From Octopus vulgaris (Eukaryota), in the NCBI GenBank assembly GCA_951406725.2, contig OX597825.1:73036001-73100000 (forward strand): a stretch of DNA of 64,000 nucleotides, read 5' to 3'. Of the stretch, positions 46,510 through 57,660 are shown piece by piece (the first letter of the stretch is position 1; each line of letters begins with the position of its first letter). A program made the position numbers and the translations under genes. Under the pieces are notes generated by a model. The model was given only the letters and a program-made list of their open reading frames with translations. It did not search any database and was not told the origin of the DNA.

Positions 46510-48745
46510 AATATATATAATTAAGAGGAATGACCACTAAAGTGGACACCCTATATGCTAAACATAGACATCAAATTGCCATCACCATGAAGAAAGTGTT
46601 CTCAAGAAGACATTCTTCATGGAAATTGCGATTTGATGTGGTCATTTAGTGGTCATTCCTCCTAATTTTGTATGTAATACAATTTTTAATCTTTGGACTT
46701 TTAAATATGCTAGGCCACTGGTTTTAATTGATTAACATCAATTTCTACCCTTATTATTTAATTTTATATATATATATATATAGGCGCAGGAGTGGCTGTG
46801 TGGTAGGTAGCTTGGGCAAGTGTCTTCTACTATAGCCTCGGGCTGACCAAAGCCCTGTGAGTGGATTTGGTAGACGGAAACTGAAAGAAGCCCGTCGTAT
46901 ATATGTATATATATATATATGCGTGTGTGTGTTTGTGTGTCTGTGTTTGTCCCCCTAGCATTGCTTGACAACTGACACTGGTGTGTTTACGTCCCCGTCA
47001 CTTAGCGGTTCGGCAAAAGAGACTGATAGAATAAGTACTGGGCTTACAAAAGAATAAGTCCCGGGGTCGAGTTGGTTGATTAAAGGTGGTGCTTCAGCAT
47101 GGCCACAGTCAAATGACTGAAACAAGTAAAAGAGTATATATATATATATATATATATATACTGTTATATTTTGAGATGGTAATTTTTTGTTTCTCAACAC
47201 ACTATTTCACATCAGCAATCTTGCAAAACAAATTTATAAACACACAAACACACATATATATATATGTGTGTGTTTGTGTGTGTGTATACTCACATACATA
47301 CATACACACATACATACTATTGATAAATCTGCAGTTACTCTATCCAGATTACAATTTCAGGTTTATACCTGTAAGTATTGGGCCATTGGGATATGTAACA
47401 CACTGCTTAATTACCAATCTTGAGAAATTAGGCTTCTGAAAACCAGAAAGGAGAAAGCTGGTTCAAAGACCACAGATCCACTCCATCACTGGAACTGTAA
47501 AAATCTGTAAAACTTTCCAGAAGTTTATCATGTAAGTGTATATAAGTCTGTCTAGACATGCAACTCTATGCATGAGAATACATACATAAAACAAAACCAA
47601 CAAATCTTCACATATACATACATACATACTTATATACACACATACATGCAAAAATACCCTGTTCTTGATGTTGAAATTACAATGAAGGAACCTTGGATCT
47701 ATGTTAGAAATTGACTCTTTCTGTTATTGGCATGAGATCTTGAAATAAAACTGAATTATGACATACATACATACATATATATGATGGTTTCTTTAAGTTT
47801 TCATCTACTAAATCCATTCACAAGGCTTTGGCTGGACTGGGGCAATAGTTGAAGACACTTGTCCAAGGTACTGCATAGTAGGACGGAACCCAAGAGCACA
47901 TGGGTGGGAAATAAGCGTCTTAAATCATACAGCTGCTTATTCTAATATTACAATCCAGTGTGTGTAGTTGTATATATGTATTTATATATCATTTGTTCCT
48001 TCTCGAGCCATGCCTGGCTCATAAGGGCCGGTTTCCTGGTTTCCTTGACGTATAGGTTCCCCACCTGGTCGGGATGCTGGTCCGTCACAGGTGAGCTGCA
48101 AGGTACAGCAGGAAAGAGTGAGAGAAAGCTGTGGCAAAAGAGTGAGCAGAAGTTCACCATTACCATCTGCTGGAGCCACGTGGAGCTTAGGTGTTTCGCT
48201 CATAAACACACACATTGCCTGGTCTGAGATTCGAACCCGCGATCCCTTGACTGTGAGTCCGCTGCTCTAACCACTAGGCCATGTGCCTCCACTGTATTTA
48301 TATATAAGAGTTGAAAATTCTGGAAATATTGTTTGTAGAGTTGGAAACTTTACTGGTATTATTTACTCTCCATTACACATGTTTCATATGTTAATAGGAA
48401 TTACAAATTTGTATATATTGGAATAAACATATAAGAAATACCCTATTAGAAATTCTTCAGACAGAGAACCAAATAATATTTGATTCTCTGTCTGAGGAAT
48501 TTTTTTAATAGGAAATTTAGCCAATATACTCTTTTACTTGTTTCAGTCATTTGACTGCGGCCATGCTGGAGCACTGCCTTTAGTCGAGCAAATCGCCCCC
48601 AGGACTTATTCTTTGTAAGAATAGTACTTATTCTATTGGTCTCTTTTGCCGAACTGCTAAGTTATGGTGATGTAAACACAGCAGCATCAGTTGTCAAGTG
48701 ATGTTGGGGGGACAAACACAGACACACAAACATACACACACATTC

Positions 48746-48796
<51 letters not shown>

Positions 48797-48956
48797 GACA
48801 AGCTTCTTTCAGTTTCTGTCTACCAGATCCACTCACAAGGCTTTGGTCACCCCGAGGTTATAGTAGTAGACACTTGCCCAAGGTGTCATACAGTGGGATT
48901 GAACCCAGAAACATGGTTCGTAAGCAAGCTACTTACCACACAGCCACGTCTACGCC

Positions 48957-48999
<43 letters not shown>

Positions 49000-49795
49000 C
49001 ACATACGCTCACACACATATATATACGACGGGCTTCTTTCAGTTTCCATTCTATGAGATCCACTTACAAGGCTTTGGCTAGCTTGAGGTTAGAGTTGAAG
49101 ACCCAAGGTGCCTTGCAGTGGGACTGAATCTGGGACTATGTGGCTGGGAAGCAAGCTTCTTACCATGCAGCCATGCCAACCATTGGACTGTGGCCATGCA
49201 GGAGCACCACTTTAAATGGCTTGTGTGTTGAACAAATTGATGCCGGTACTTATTTTCTGCATAAATATGGGACTTGTTCTATTGGTCTCTTTCACTGAAA
49301 TGATAAGTTACGGGGACACAAATAAATGACCACTGGTGGGGGTGGGGACGAGGGAGAGAGAAACGCATCACAAATACAGACACATGAAAGGCTCTGGTTG
49401 ACCCGAACCTGGATATGTAGAAGATATATTGGCCAGAGCATCACACAGTGCAACTGACCTGAAGACAACATGGTTTAGAAGCAAGGCTATTAGCCATACA
49501 GCCACCCCCTCACACGTATATGCGTGTTTGTGTGTGTGTGTGTGTATACATATGCACACATACACACACACATACATACTTACACACATATATGCACTCA
49601 GAATACTTAAAAGAAAGGAAAAAAAATCATAAATTTCATAGATGTTCCCATAACTGAGCTCTTAAATTCCATACATATATTAGATGATTTTATATTGTGT
49701 GTGTAGTGTGAGTGTATGTGTGAGTATATGTGTGTGTGTTCGGGCGTGCATGTGTGCGTATGTATGTATGGATGAATATATATGTATGTGTGCGC

Positions 49796-49862
<67 letters not shown>

Positions 49863-49954
49863 CATAAATTCATCATTGTAACAATATCTGTTTTGAAATT
49901 CGTGCTTCAATTGATGCTTTCTCACACAAGGCATTTTAATGACAGGGACAGAAA

Positions 49955-50049
49955 GAGATAGATAGATAAATAGATAGATAGACAGACAGATATATAAATA
50001 AATAGATATTTAGATAGATAGATAGATAGACAGACAGATATATAAATAA

Positions 50050-50093
<44 letters not shown>

Positions 50094-50257
50094 GTAGATA
50101 GACAGACAGCTAGATAAATAGATAAATAGATAGATAGGTTGATAGACAGATAGATAGATAGATAGACTGACAGATAAGATAGATAAATAGACATAGATAG
50201 ATAGGTAGGTAGATAGATAGATAGATAGATAGGTAGGTAGGTAGATAGATAGATAGG

Positions 50258-50308
<51 letters not shown>

Positions 50309-50518
50309 GTAGATAAATAGATGGATGGATGGATGGACGGATAGATAGATAGTTAGCTAGATAGCTTTCTTTATTGGCCACGCAGGTTTGAACACAGAAA
50401 GGACAAAATATAAAGTAGAGCTTTTCTTTTTGGGAAGAAGAGAAGGAAAAAAAATTGGTCGGATTCCGATCAAAAGGGATCGTGAAAAAAGTGGGGACGA
50501 TCAATAGGGATCGTATAT

Positions 50519-50552
<34 letters not shown>

Positions 50553-50620
50553 TATAGGTAAACAGACAGACAGACAGATAGATAGATAGATACATAAATA
50601 GATAGATAGATAAATAGAGA
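49955..50620. repeat. (GATA)n microsatellite with an insert of about 155 bp (50362-50517)
   Basis: Direct reading. Confidence 0.92.
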
Positions 50621-50819
50621 GACAAATAAGAAACATATAGAAGATTTTATACTTCGTTAGATAGATATATTCAGAGATATATTGATAGATTCAGAGACAT
50701 AAAGAAAACGTACATAAAGGCTTTATACTTCGTTAACGAGTTGTTCAATAAGTTATCGTTGACATAATCAAAATACGTTGGTCAGTCTGTATAGAGAGAC
50801 CAGTTCATCAGCGTACATC

Positions 50820-50930
50820 GGTCACTCGCTGGTTTCATGCGATAGAACGTCACACGACACGTGGCGGTGTTGTTAGGGGTAGACTGTTCGGCGTCTAGTT
50901 GGTTGTTATAGCAACTAATAAGATGGCCAC
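50820..50930 (-). promoter_or_regulatory. Candidate LRRC23 promoter: RFX X-box GTTGTTATAGCAAC (50902-50915), E-box CACGTG (50858-50863), YY1-like AAGATGGCC (50920-50928)
   Basis: CpG-richer, non-repetitive patch about 5 kb upstream of the ATG exon; X-boxes are the established signature of ciliary genes. Confidence 0.6.
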
Positions 50931-51244
50931 CAAAACACAATGCTGTTGTACTGGCGATCAAGGGAAGATAATTGCTTATATTTTATGCGTGCGTGCGTCT
51001 GTGTATGTGTATGTGTGAGCTGGCAGAAACGTTAGCGCGCCGGGCGAAATGCGTAGCCGTATTCGTCTGCCGTTACGTTGTGAGTTCAAATTCCGCCGAG
51101 GTCGACTTTGCCTTTCATCCTTTCGGGGTCGATAAATTAAGTACCAGTTACGCACTGGGGTCGATGTAATCGACTTAATACCTATGTCTGTCGTTGTTTG
51201 TCCCCTCTATGTTTAGCCCCTTGTGGGTAATAAAGAAATAGGTA

Positions 51245-51297
<53 letters not shown>

Positions 51298-51521
51298 GTG
51301 TGTCTGCGTGTGTGTGTCTGCGTGTGTGTGTGCGCGCGAATACGTCATGTATTTGTATGTCTACCTGCGCACAACATAGTATATACGGATGCGATATTTG
51401 CCTATGTGTTACTTGCATAGCACCTTGGGCAAGTGTCTTCTACTATAGCCTCAGGCCGACCAAAGCCTTGTGAGTGGATTTGGTAGACGGAAACTGAAAG
51501 AAGCCCGTCGTATATATGTAT

Positions 51522-51587
<66 letters not shown>

Positions 51588-51793
51588 TTACGTATGTGTG
51601 TGTATATGTTTGTGTGTGTATATGTTTGTGTGTCTGTGTCTGTCCCCCCAACATCGCTTGACAACCGATGCTGGTGTGTTCACGTCCCTGTAACTTAGCG
51701 GTTCGGCAAAAGAGACCGATAGAATAATGGTTGTTTGAATAACGTCAGAAATATTTTGATGGTTAGTTGTTTTATTACATTAATACAATAATT

Positions 51794-52541
51794 GGATCTT
51801 TACCTTTTGACCTACAGGTTTAAAAAATAATTTTTTGTAACTAAACTCTTTCAAACTTCAGACACTGGTAGAATGTGTCATATAAAATATCTTTTACTCT
51901 TAGCATTTTTGAGAAAAAATTATATTTCCGAAGTTATTTCACGTTGAAGCTGTCCTATTTCGGTAATTTCAACCAATCAAGAACATGTATTCAGCTGAAT
52001 AAAATTACTACTGTTGTTTGTCAACAAGAACTTCCGGCGGTGTATATTTCGTTAGTCACTGTTATTTATGACAACCGTAACACTAAAACCCTAGCCCTAA
52101 AACCTTAACCCTAGCCCTAACCCTAAAACCTTAATCCTAACTCTAAAACCTTAACCCTAACACCGTAACCCTAAAACCCTAACCCTAACTCTAAAACCTT
52201 AACCCTAACATCGTAACCCTAAAACCCTAACACTAACACCTTAAAGCTAAAACCAGTACAAACGCACGAACGATGTCATAAATAACAGTGACAAACGAAA
52301 TATACACCGCCGATAGTTGCTGACAAACAACGGCAGTAATTTTATTCAGCTGAATACATGTCATTGATTGGTTGAAATTACCGAAATAGGCCAACTTTAA
52401 CGTGAAATATCTTCGTAAATATAAGTTTTTCTCAAAAATGCTAAGAATAAAAGATGACACATTCTACCAGTGTCCGAAGTTTGAAAGTGTTTAGTTACTA
52501 AAAATTATTTTTTAAATCTGTAGGCCAAAAGGTAAAGATCC
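51794..52541. mobile_element. Fold-back element with long arms and a telomere-like core
   Basis: GGATCTTTACCTTTTG...CAAAAGGTAAAGATCC; imperfect arms of about 285 bp; degenerate (CCCTAA)n at about 52078-52255. Confidence 0.8.
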
Positions 52542-53349
52542 GACCCCAGTACTGAACTGATGCTTATTGCATCGTCTCCGAGAGAATGAATGGCAAAGTC
52601 GACCTAGGCATAATTTGATGGCAGAATCGTTAGCGCGCTGGACGAAATGCTTAGCGGTATTTCGGCCGTCGCTACGTTCTGGGTTCAAATTCCGCCGAGG
52701 TCGACTTTGCCTTTCATCCTTTCGGGGTCGATTAAATAAGTACCAGTTACGCACTGGGGTCGATATAATCGACTTAATCCGTTTGTCTGACCTTGTTTGT
52801 CCCCTCTGTGTATAGCCCCTTGTGGGTAGTAAAGAAATAGGTATTTCGCCCATCGCTACGTTCTGGGTTCAAATTCCGCCGAGGTCGACTTTGCCTTTCA
52901 TCATTTCGGGGTCGATTAAATAAATATCAGTTGAACACTGGGGTGGATGTAATGCACTCATATCCTCTCTACAAATTGCTGCACTTGTGGAAAAATTTGA
53001 AACCAATAATTATTATAATGCCATTGAATCTTAAAGGTTTTCAATTCTTGTCAGACTCAGTTTTTTCGTGGCCATCACATCTCGAGTCTTAATCATCAGA
53101 CACTGCAGAGAGAAAGGTCGATGCAGAAGCTGAGTATTTCTACCCGCGACAAAACAACAACTTGCTTTAAATTCCCATTACATTAATAACAACACCAATA
53201 ACAAACTTGATAACTTTTTAATCACGAAAGTGTTGAGCATTTTTATACGAAACTAATATACGAGTTTTTGAACCGAACCAGTTTTCTTTTCCATTTCATG
53301 TATTTTTATACTTCATTATTTTCGTTGCTGTCTTCGTCATTTTTCTCAC

Positions 53350-53453
53350 TTATTTTCGCCTCCTTCGCCGTCTTCTCTTCGTAGAAGTTCTCCTTCTCTT
53401 AGGCTTTCTCTTTCGTCTTTTTTTCTTTCGTCTTTTCCGTCTTCTTTTTCGTC
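53350..53453 (-). CDS. Candidate terminal exon of a protamine-like Arg/Lys-rich protein (RKRRRKRRKKKRRKRKPKRRRTSTKRRRRRRRK*)
   Basis: ttttcag acceptor; after a phase-1 split codon, 29 of 33 codons are Arg/Lys using CGA/CGG/AGA/AGG; TAA, then ATTAAA (53217-53222) and a GT-rich downstream element. Confidence 0.6.
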
Positions 53454-53579
53454 CTGAAAAATGCTGGTGACATACTCATGTAAGAAATTCTTAGACCATA
53501 TTATTGATTAAACGTACAAAAGTCGGATAGTTTATTATGAGTTGGTGATGCAATTTTGATTTTGTTTCGTTAATATAAA

Positions 53580-53992
53580 GGATCTTTTCGGTTTGAACGG
53601 CAGTTTTTTCTAGCGGTGTCATATGAAATTGTCACCCATAATTATGACCCTAGTATCGATCTATTGCATTTCAATCTGTTTTAGTGTTAGGGGTGGGGGG
53701 AAGGGTATCTTTTTTTCTTCAGAAATGTAAATAAACCTAATCTGCTTCTTAAACGAGGGACACATTCATACGGCACAGAATGTTTTCACCTCAATAGACG
53801 TCATTGATTGGTTGAAATTGCAGAAATTGAAGAAAAAAACAACAACAAATATCTTACAAACTATAGAATTTTCTCAATAAAACCAAGAGAAAAAGACGTT
53901 TTATAAACGCATTCTACCAGTATACGAAGTTTAAAAGTGTTTAGTTACGTGGAAATTATTTTTAAAAACTGCCGTTCAAACCGAAAAGAACC
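53580..53992. mobile_element. Related GGATC-terminated MITE
   Basis: TIR GGATCTTTTCGGTTTGAACGGCAGTTTTT / AAAAACTGCCGTTCAAACCGAAAAGAACC; internal part recurs inverted at about 56230-56430. Confidence 0.75.
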
Positions 53993-54344
53993 ATTAACAG
54001 CAAACCACAACATACATCGATCGAAATCGGGTCCCTACACTGGTGAAATCTTCGGGAAACAGCCTATTGTGTCCATGCCTTAAGACGGTACTGTCCAGCA
54101 ATGAAATTAACTTTTGTTTTCACCTTTAGAAAACAAGATCTACAATATTTGGTTTTTGTCGATTTTTAAAGTATTTGCCAGGGATATCTATTGTAGTCAG
54201 AGCTTGGTCTTCTCTGGCAGCTTACCGCACTAAAGACAGTTTCAGTCTTATATAAAGCTTTAAAATACATGTGTCACAAATATTGTACAATAAGAATAAA
54301 AAATGATGAAAGTTTCTCATTTCCTTGTGTTCTTTTAATTATTA

Positions 54345-54712
54345 CTAGCACTATAACCCGGCAACGCCGGGTCATAGTGCTAGTGCATGCATATACAGCT
54401 GCGTGCGTGCGCGCATACATGCGAGTACTGTCCAAACCTCCGACCAATCACATACAGCTAGCGGGCATTCAATTGGCTTATCAAGTTTCGGGCATTTCGA
54501 TTGGGTTTTGGATTGTAGAAAATTCACAAAAAAGTCACTTTTATTGATTTTTTAATGACTTTGTTGGGTGACTGGGGAAATGTAAAGATGTGCACGACCA
54601 CTCTTGGACGGTTTTGAATGACCATAGAAAGTGCGAGCCCTCTAACTGAAAAATTGTGGAACTTGCATAAAGGATACACACACACAGACATTTTGCCGTT
54701 TATATATATATG

Positions 54713-54761
<49 letters not shown>

Positions 54762-55006
54762 TAAGTAATTAAGGGTTTAGCAACGATTTGCCTCACCACA
54801 CACCGAATTTAGAAATTGCAGTCAAAGAGTTATGGCTATTCTTTCTACTAATTGAAGAGTCCTACGCTGAAGAGAAAAATAGTTAGGTAAGACATAATTA
54901 TTTAATTTTTATGCTTTCCTATGACTTAATTTCGAAACGTGGATTTGTATAAAGGATACACACACAGACACACAGACAGACATTTTGCCGTTTATATATA
55001 TAGAGA
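54345..55006 (-). mobile_element. Non-autonomous Helitron interrupted by (AT)n and a Penelope-like fragment
   Basis: TC start at 55006, CTAG|T end at 54345 with ACCCGGC hairpin; about 55 bp of the 5' part duplicated around 54710-54940. Confidence 0.7.
54861..54940 (+). ncRNA. 3'-truncated hammerhead motif with long stem II
   Basis: CTGAAGA-GAAA...TTTC-GAAAC, then Helitron sequence replaces the 3' strands of stems III and I. Confidence 0.5.
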
Positions 55007-55131
55007 TTCAACCACTATTCACGTGGCTATGTACGTTCGTCGCTAGCTCCCACTTTACTTAACTATGTTAAAAATAAACAACATCACCCAACATAGCAAA
55101 TTGCATGATAAAAGAGTGGGTGAGTAATACA

Positions 55132-55544
55132 TCTTTATATATAAAAGTGAAGTTGTGTGTCTGTCTCCTACGATTTAGATTCCTAACTACTCCCACATTT
55201 TGCGGTGCAGTTTAACTAAAACCGGGTATCTTATAGTCGTGATTCATATCGAGCCCTTCTGTGTATTAGCGCGCGTCTACGATGAGTCTACGATTTAAAA
55301 AAACATTTACCATCATTTTTTTCCATTTTAATGCATTTTTTCCATTTTAATGCATTTTCGCTATTATATAAGGGAAGTAACTCTCTAAAAATGTCTACGA
55401 TGAGTCAACGATTTAAAAAAAAATTTACCATAATTTTTTTCCATTTTTAATGCATTTTTTTGCTACTTTTTGGCTATAACTCTCTAAAATGCTTATATAG
55501 TTATTTCCCTTACAAACCCGAGCAACGCCGGGCGATACTGCTAG
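55132..55544 (+). mobile_element. Non-autonomous Helitron
   Basis: 3' about 120 bp nearly identical to 24620-24740; A|TC start, CTAG|T end. Confidence 0.8.
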
Positions 55545-55796
55545 TTAAAATATAACACTCTCTAGCGTTTAATTTAGCTTCCGGAATTGTATTTGTCTAG
55601 CCACTGATTTTATCTGAGATCGTCGTTTGAAACTAAAATGACTACAAAGCCATTTAATAACATACGAATATGTTTATGTTAAATCCATATCTTAGATTTA
55701 AATATATTTCTTGAGATGCTAAAAGTTTCGCATAACTACCCTCCTGGTCACTTGGAAATTATAGTAAATTCAAATTTGAAATGAATTTAACAGTTT

Positions 55797-55912
55797 TGTC
55801 CGTTCGTCCGACTGTCCGTCCGTCCGTCCGTCCGTCCGTCCGTCCGTCCGTCCGTCCGTCCGTCCGTCCGTCCGTCCATCCATCCATCCATCCATCCATC
55901 CATCCATCCATC
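55797..55912. repeat. Compound (TCCG)n(TCCA)n microsatellite
   Basis: Direct reading. Confidence 0.92.
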
Positions 55913-55992
55913 CTTTCTGTCCACTATTCTTTGGCAGCTCATAGGGGTAGAGTCCATAGGCACCTCTTGCATAGGGTTCTATTAGGGACAAC

Positions 55993-56490
55993 GGTTAATA
56001 TCTAGATCCGCACCCGGTGGGAAAAATGGAAACGAATATGTGTAACAGGTGTAAGGCATCGTATATTAAAGGAATATGACGAAAAAAAAAATGCGCGCTG
56101 ACAAACGGGGGTGTGGGGGAGGGGGCTCGGAAAATTCCCACGGTCCCACGATCAACCGTAGAGAATCCGAGCAGTAAACCTCAACACCCGGTCACAGGAG
56201 CGAAACAGAAATCGTCTAATACTTCTTTTTTTAAAATAATTTCCACGTAACTAAACACTTTTAAACTTCGTATACTGGTAGAATGTGTTTATAAAACATC
56301 TTTTTCTCTTGGCTTTATTGAGAAAATTCTATGGTTTGTAAGATATTTGTTGTTGTTTTTTTTCTTCAATTTCTACAATTTCAACCAATCAATGACGTCT
56401 ATTGAGATGAAAACATTCTGTGCCGTATATTCAACAAATATCGAGAAAAAAATGCGCGCTGAAAAAAATGTGCGGATCTAGATATTAACC
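55993..56490. mobile_element. MITE with GG-terminated 21-bp TIRs and 8-bp TSD (Merlin-like)
   Basis: GGGACAAC|GGTTAATATCTAGATCCGCAC...GTGCGGATCTAGATATTAACC|GGGACAAC. Confidence 0.78.
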
Positions 56491-56773
56491 GGGACAACCA
56501 TCATTAGACTTTCTGTCTGGATTCCAAAGAGTGACCAACGGAGACAATCAATATTACCCAACCATCTCATTCTTGGTCTACCCCTGTATCTCCTGTCAGT
56601 TGACTCGGCATGAAGAATCTATCTTGCGAGTTTTTCCTACAACATGCTAATCATGTGTCGTACAGGAGCTGTGACCTCTCAATGCGGAAAAGCAGCGGTT
56701 TCGTGTATTATTAAACAAATATAAAATTTTATCAAAACGTCTGATTGCAAATGCAATAGAAATTTAACTAGTA

Positions 56774-57020
56774 AAGGGTGGTCCAAAAGTTTCTGAGGGA
56801 TTGCAAATTTTGATAATTCTTTTATTTTTCGACCCCTTTCTTTTCTTTTCAGGGAATTTATGAACTAGGACCCGAAAATTAATTATGAAAAAATATGGCA
56901 TCGCACAACGCACACAAGCAGTGAAATTGTTCTATCAAAATCAGGGGTCAATTATTCAAACCCAGAGAGCATATCGTCGGCACTTTCACATGAGAGATGC
57001 CCCAAGTGAAAACAATATAT
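56774..57020 (+). mobile_element. 5' fragment of a related rosa-like transposon
   Basis: TA|AAGGGTGGTCCAAAA terminus resembles the 36551 TIR; MKKYGIAQRTQAVKLFYQNQGSIIQTQRAYRRHF...APS resembles the N-terminal HTH (DUF4817-type). Confidence 0.72.
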
Positions 57021-57176
57021 ATGACATTATATGCTCTGTGCTGCCTATCAGAATCTCTCAAGAATACAATCTGATACTCAAGATCTTCACTACGAAGCTA
57101 TTTTGGTATCTACAAGACATAGTGTATGTTAGGTAATACGTTACTTTCCGTCTGCATGGAATTCGTCATAGCTTAC

Positions 57177-57248
57177 CTCATTATGACGTACCTTTCCAGT
57201 CCATCTTTTAGGAAGAGATCCCCAGTTTTTGTCCCTTAGTTTCCCCAT
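57177..57248 (-). CDS. Candidate first coding exon of the protamine-like gene (MGKLRDKNWGSLPKRWTGKVRHNE)
   Basis: ATG at 57248, GAG|gtaagc donor; non-repetitive sequence just downstream of a perfect CRE. Confidence 0.35.
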
Positions 57249-57320
57249 GCAAAAACCTTTCAGGAAGACATGCCACCGTTCTTCTGTGAAACTTTGGAGA
57301 CAATAGACTGTTTTCAGTTG

Positions 57321-57363
57321 TGACGTCAGGCAACGGAACTTTTCTATTATATTTTTTACGTAA
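57321..57363. promoter_or_regulatory. Perfect CRE (TGACGTCA 57321-57328) and bZIP palindrome TTACGTAA (57356-57363)
   Basis: Motifs read directly; function inferred from position upstream of the candidate exon. Confidence 0.4.
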
Positions 57364-57580
57364 TTAACAAGAGGATGCTTCTCTTCCTTTGCTTCTGACG
57401 ACAGATACCATTTGTAAGTAGTGAAGTAGGTAGAAGGATGTTTGATGAAGTTAACCAAGACATTTTTATTATTGAAAACCCGTCGTTATTCGTTGTCACG
57501 CTGCCGGTAAAATCTTCGTAAATTGTTCTAAGTGAAAGTCTTTTTTTTAAAGTCTGTGTTGCGTTGTCTATATGCTCAAA

Positions 57581-57660
<80 letters not shown>

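Noticed and set aside
50923-51018. AAGATGGCC as the start of a divergent + strand gene
   Set aside because: Frame closes within about 32 codons in microsatellite, with no donor or downstream exons; treated as a YY1-like motif.
52078-52255. True telomere or chromosome-fusion site
   Set aside because: Short, degenerate, single orientation and enclosed by element arms.
57141-57458. 105-aa ORF as a complete gene or H1/HMG-type domain
   Set aside because: Starts at TTG after an in-frame stop and has no convincing motif; only 57248-57177 is retained as a candidate exon.
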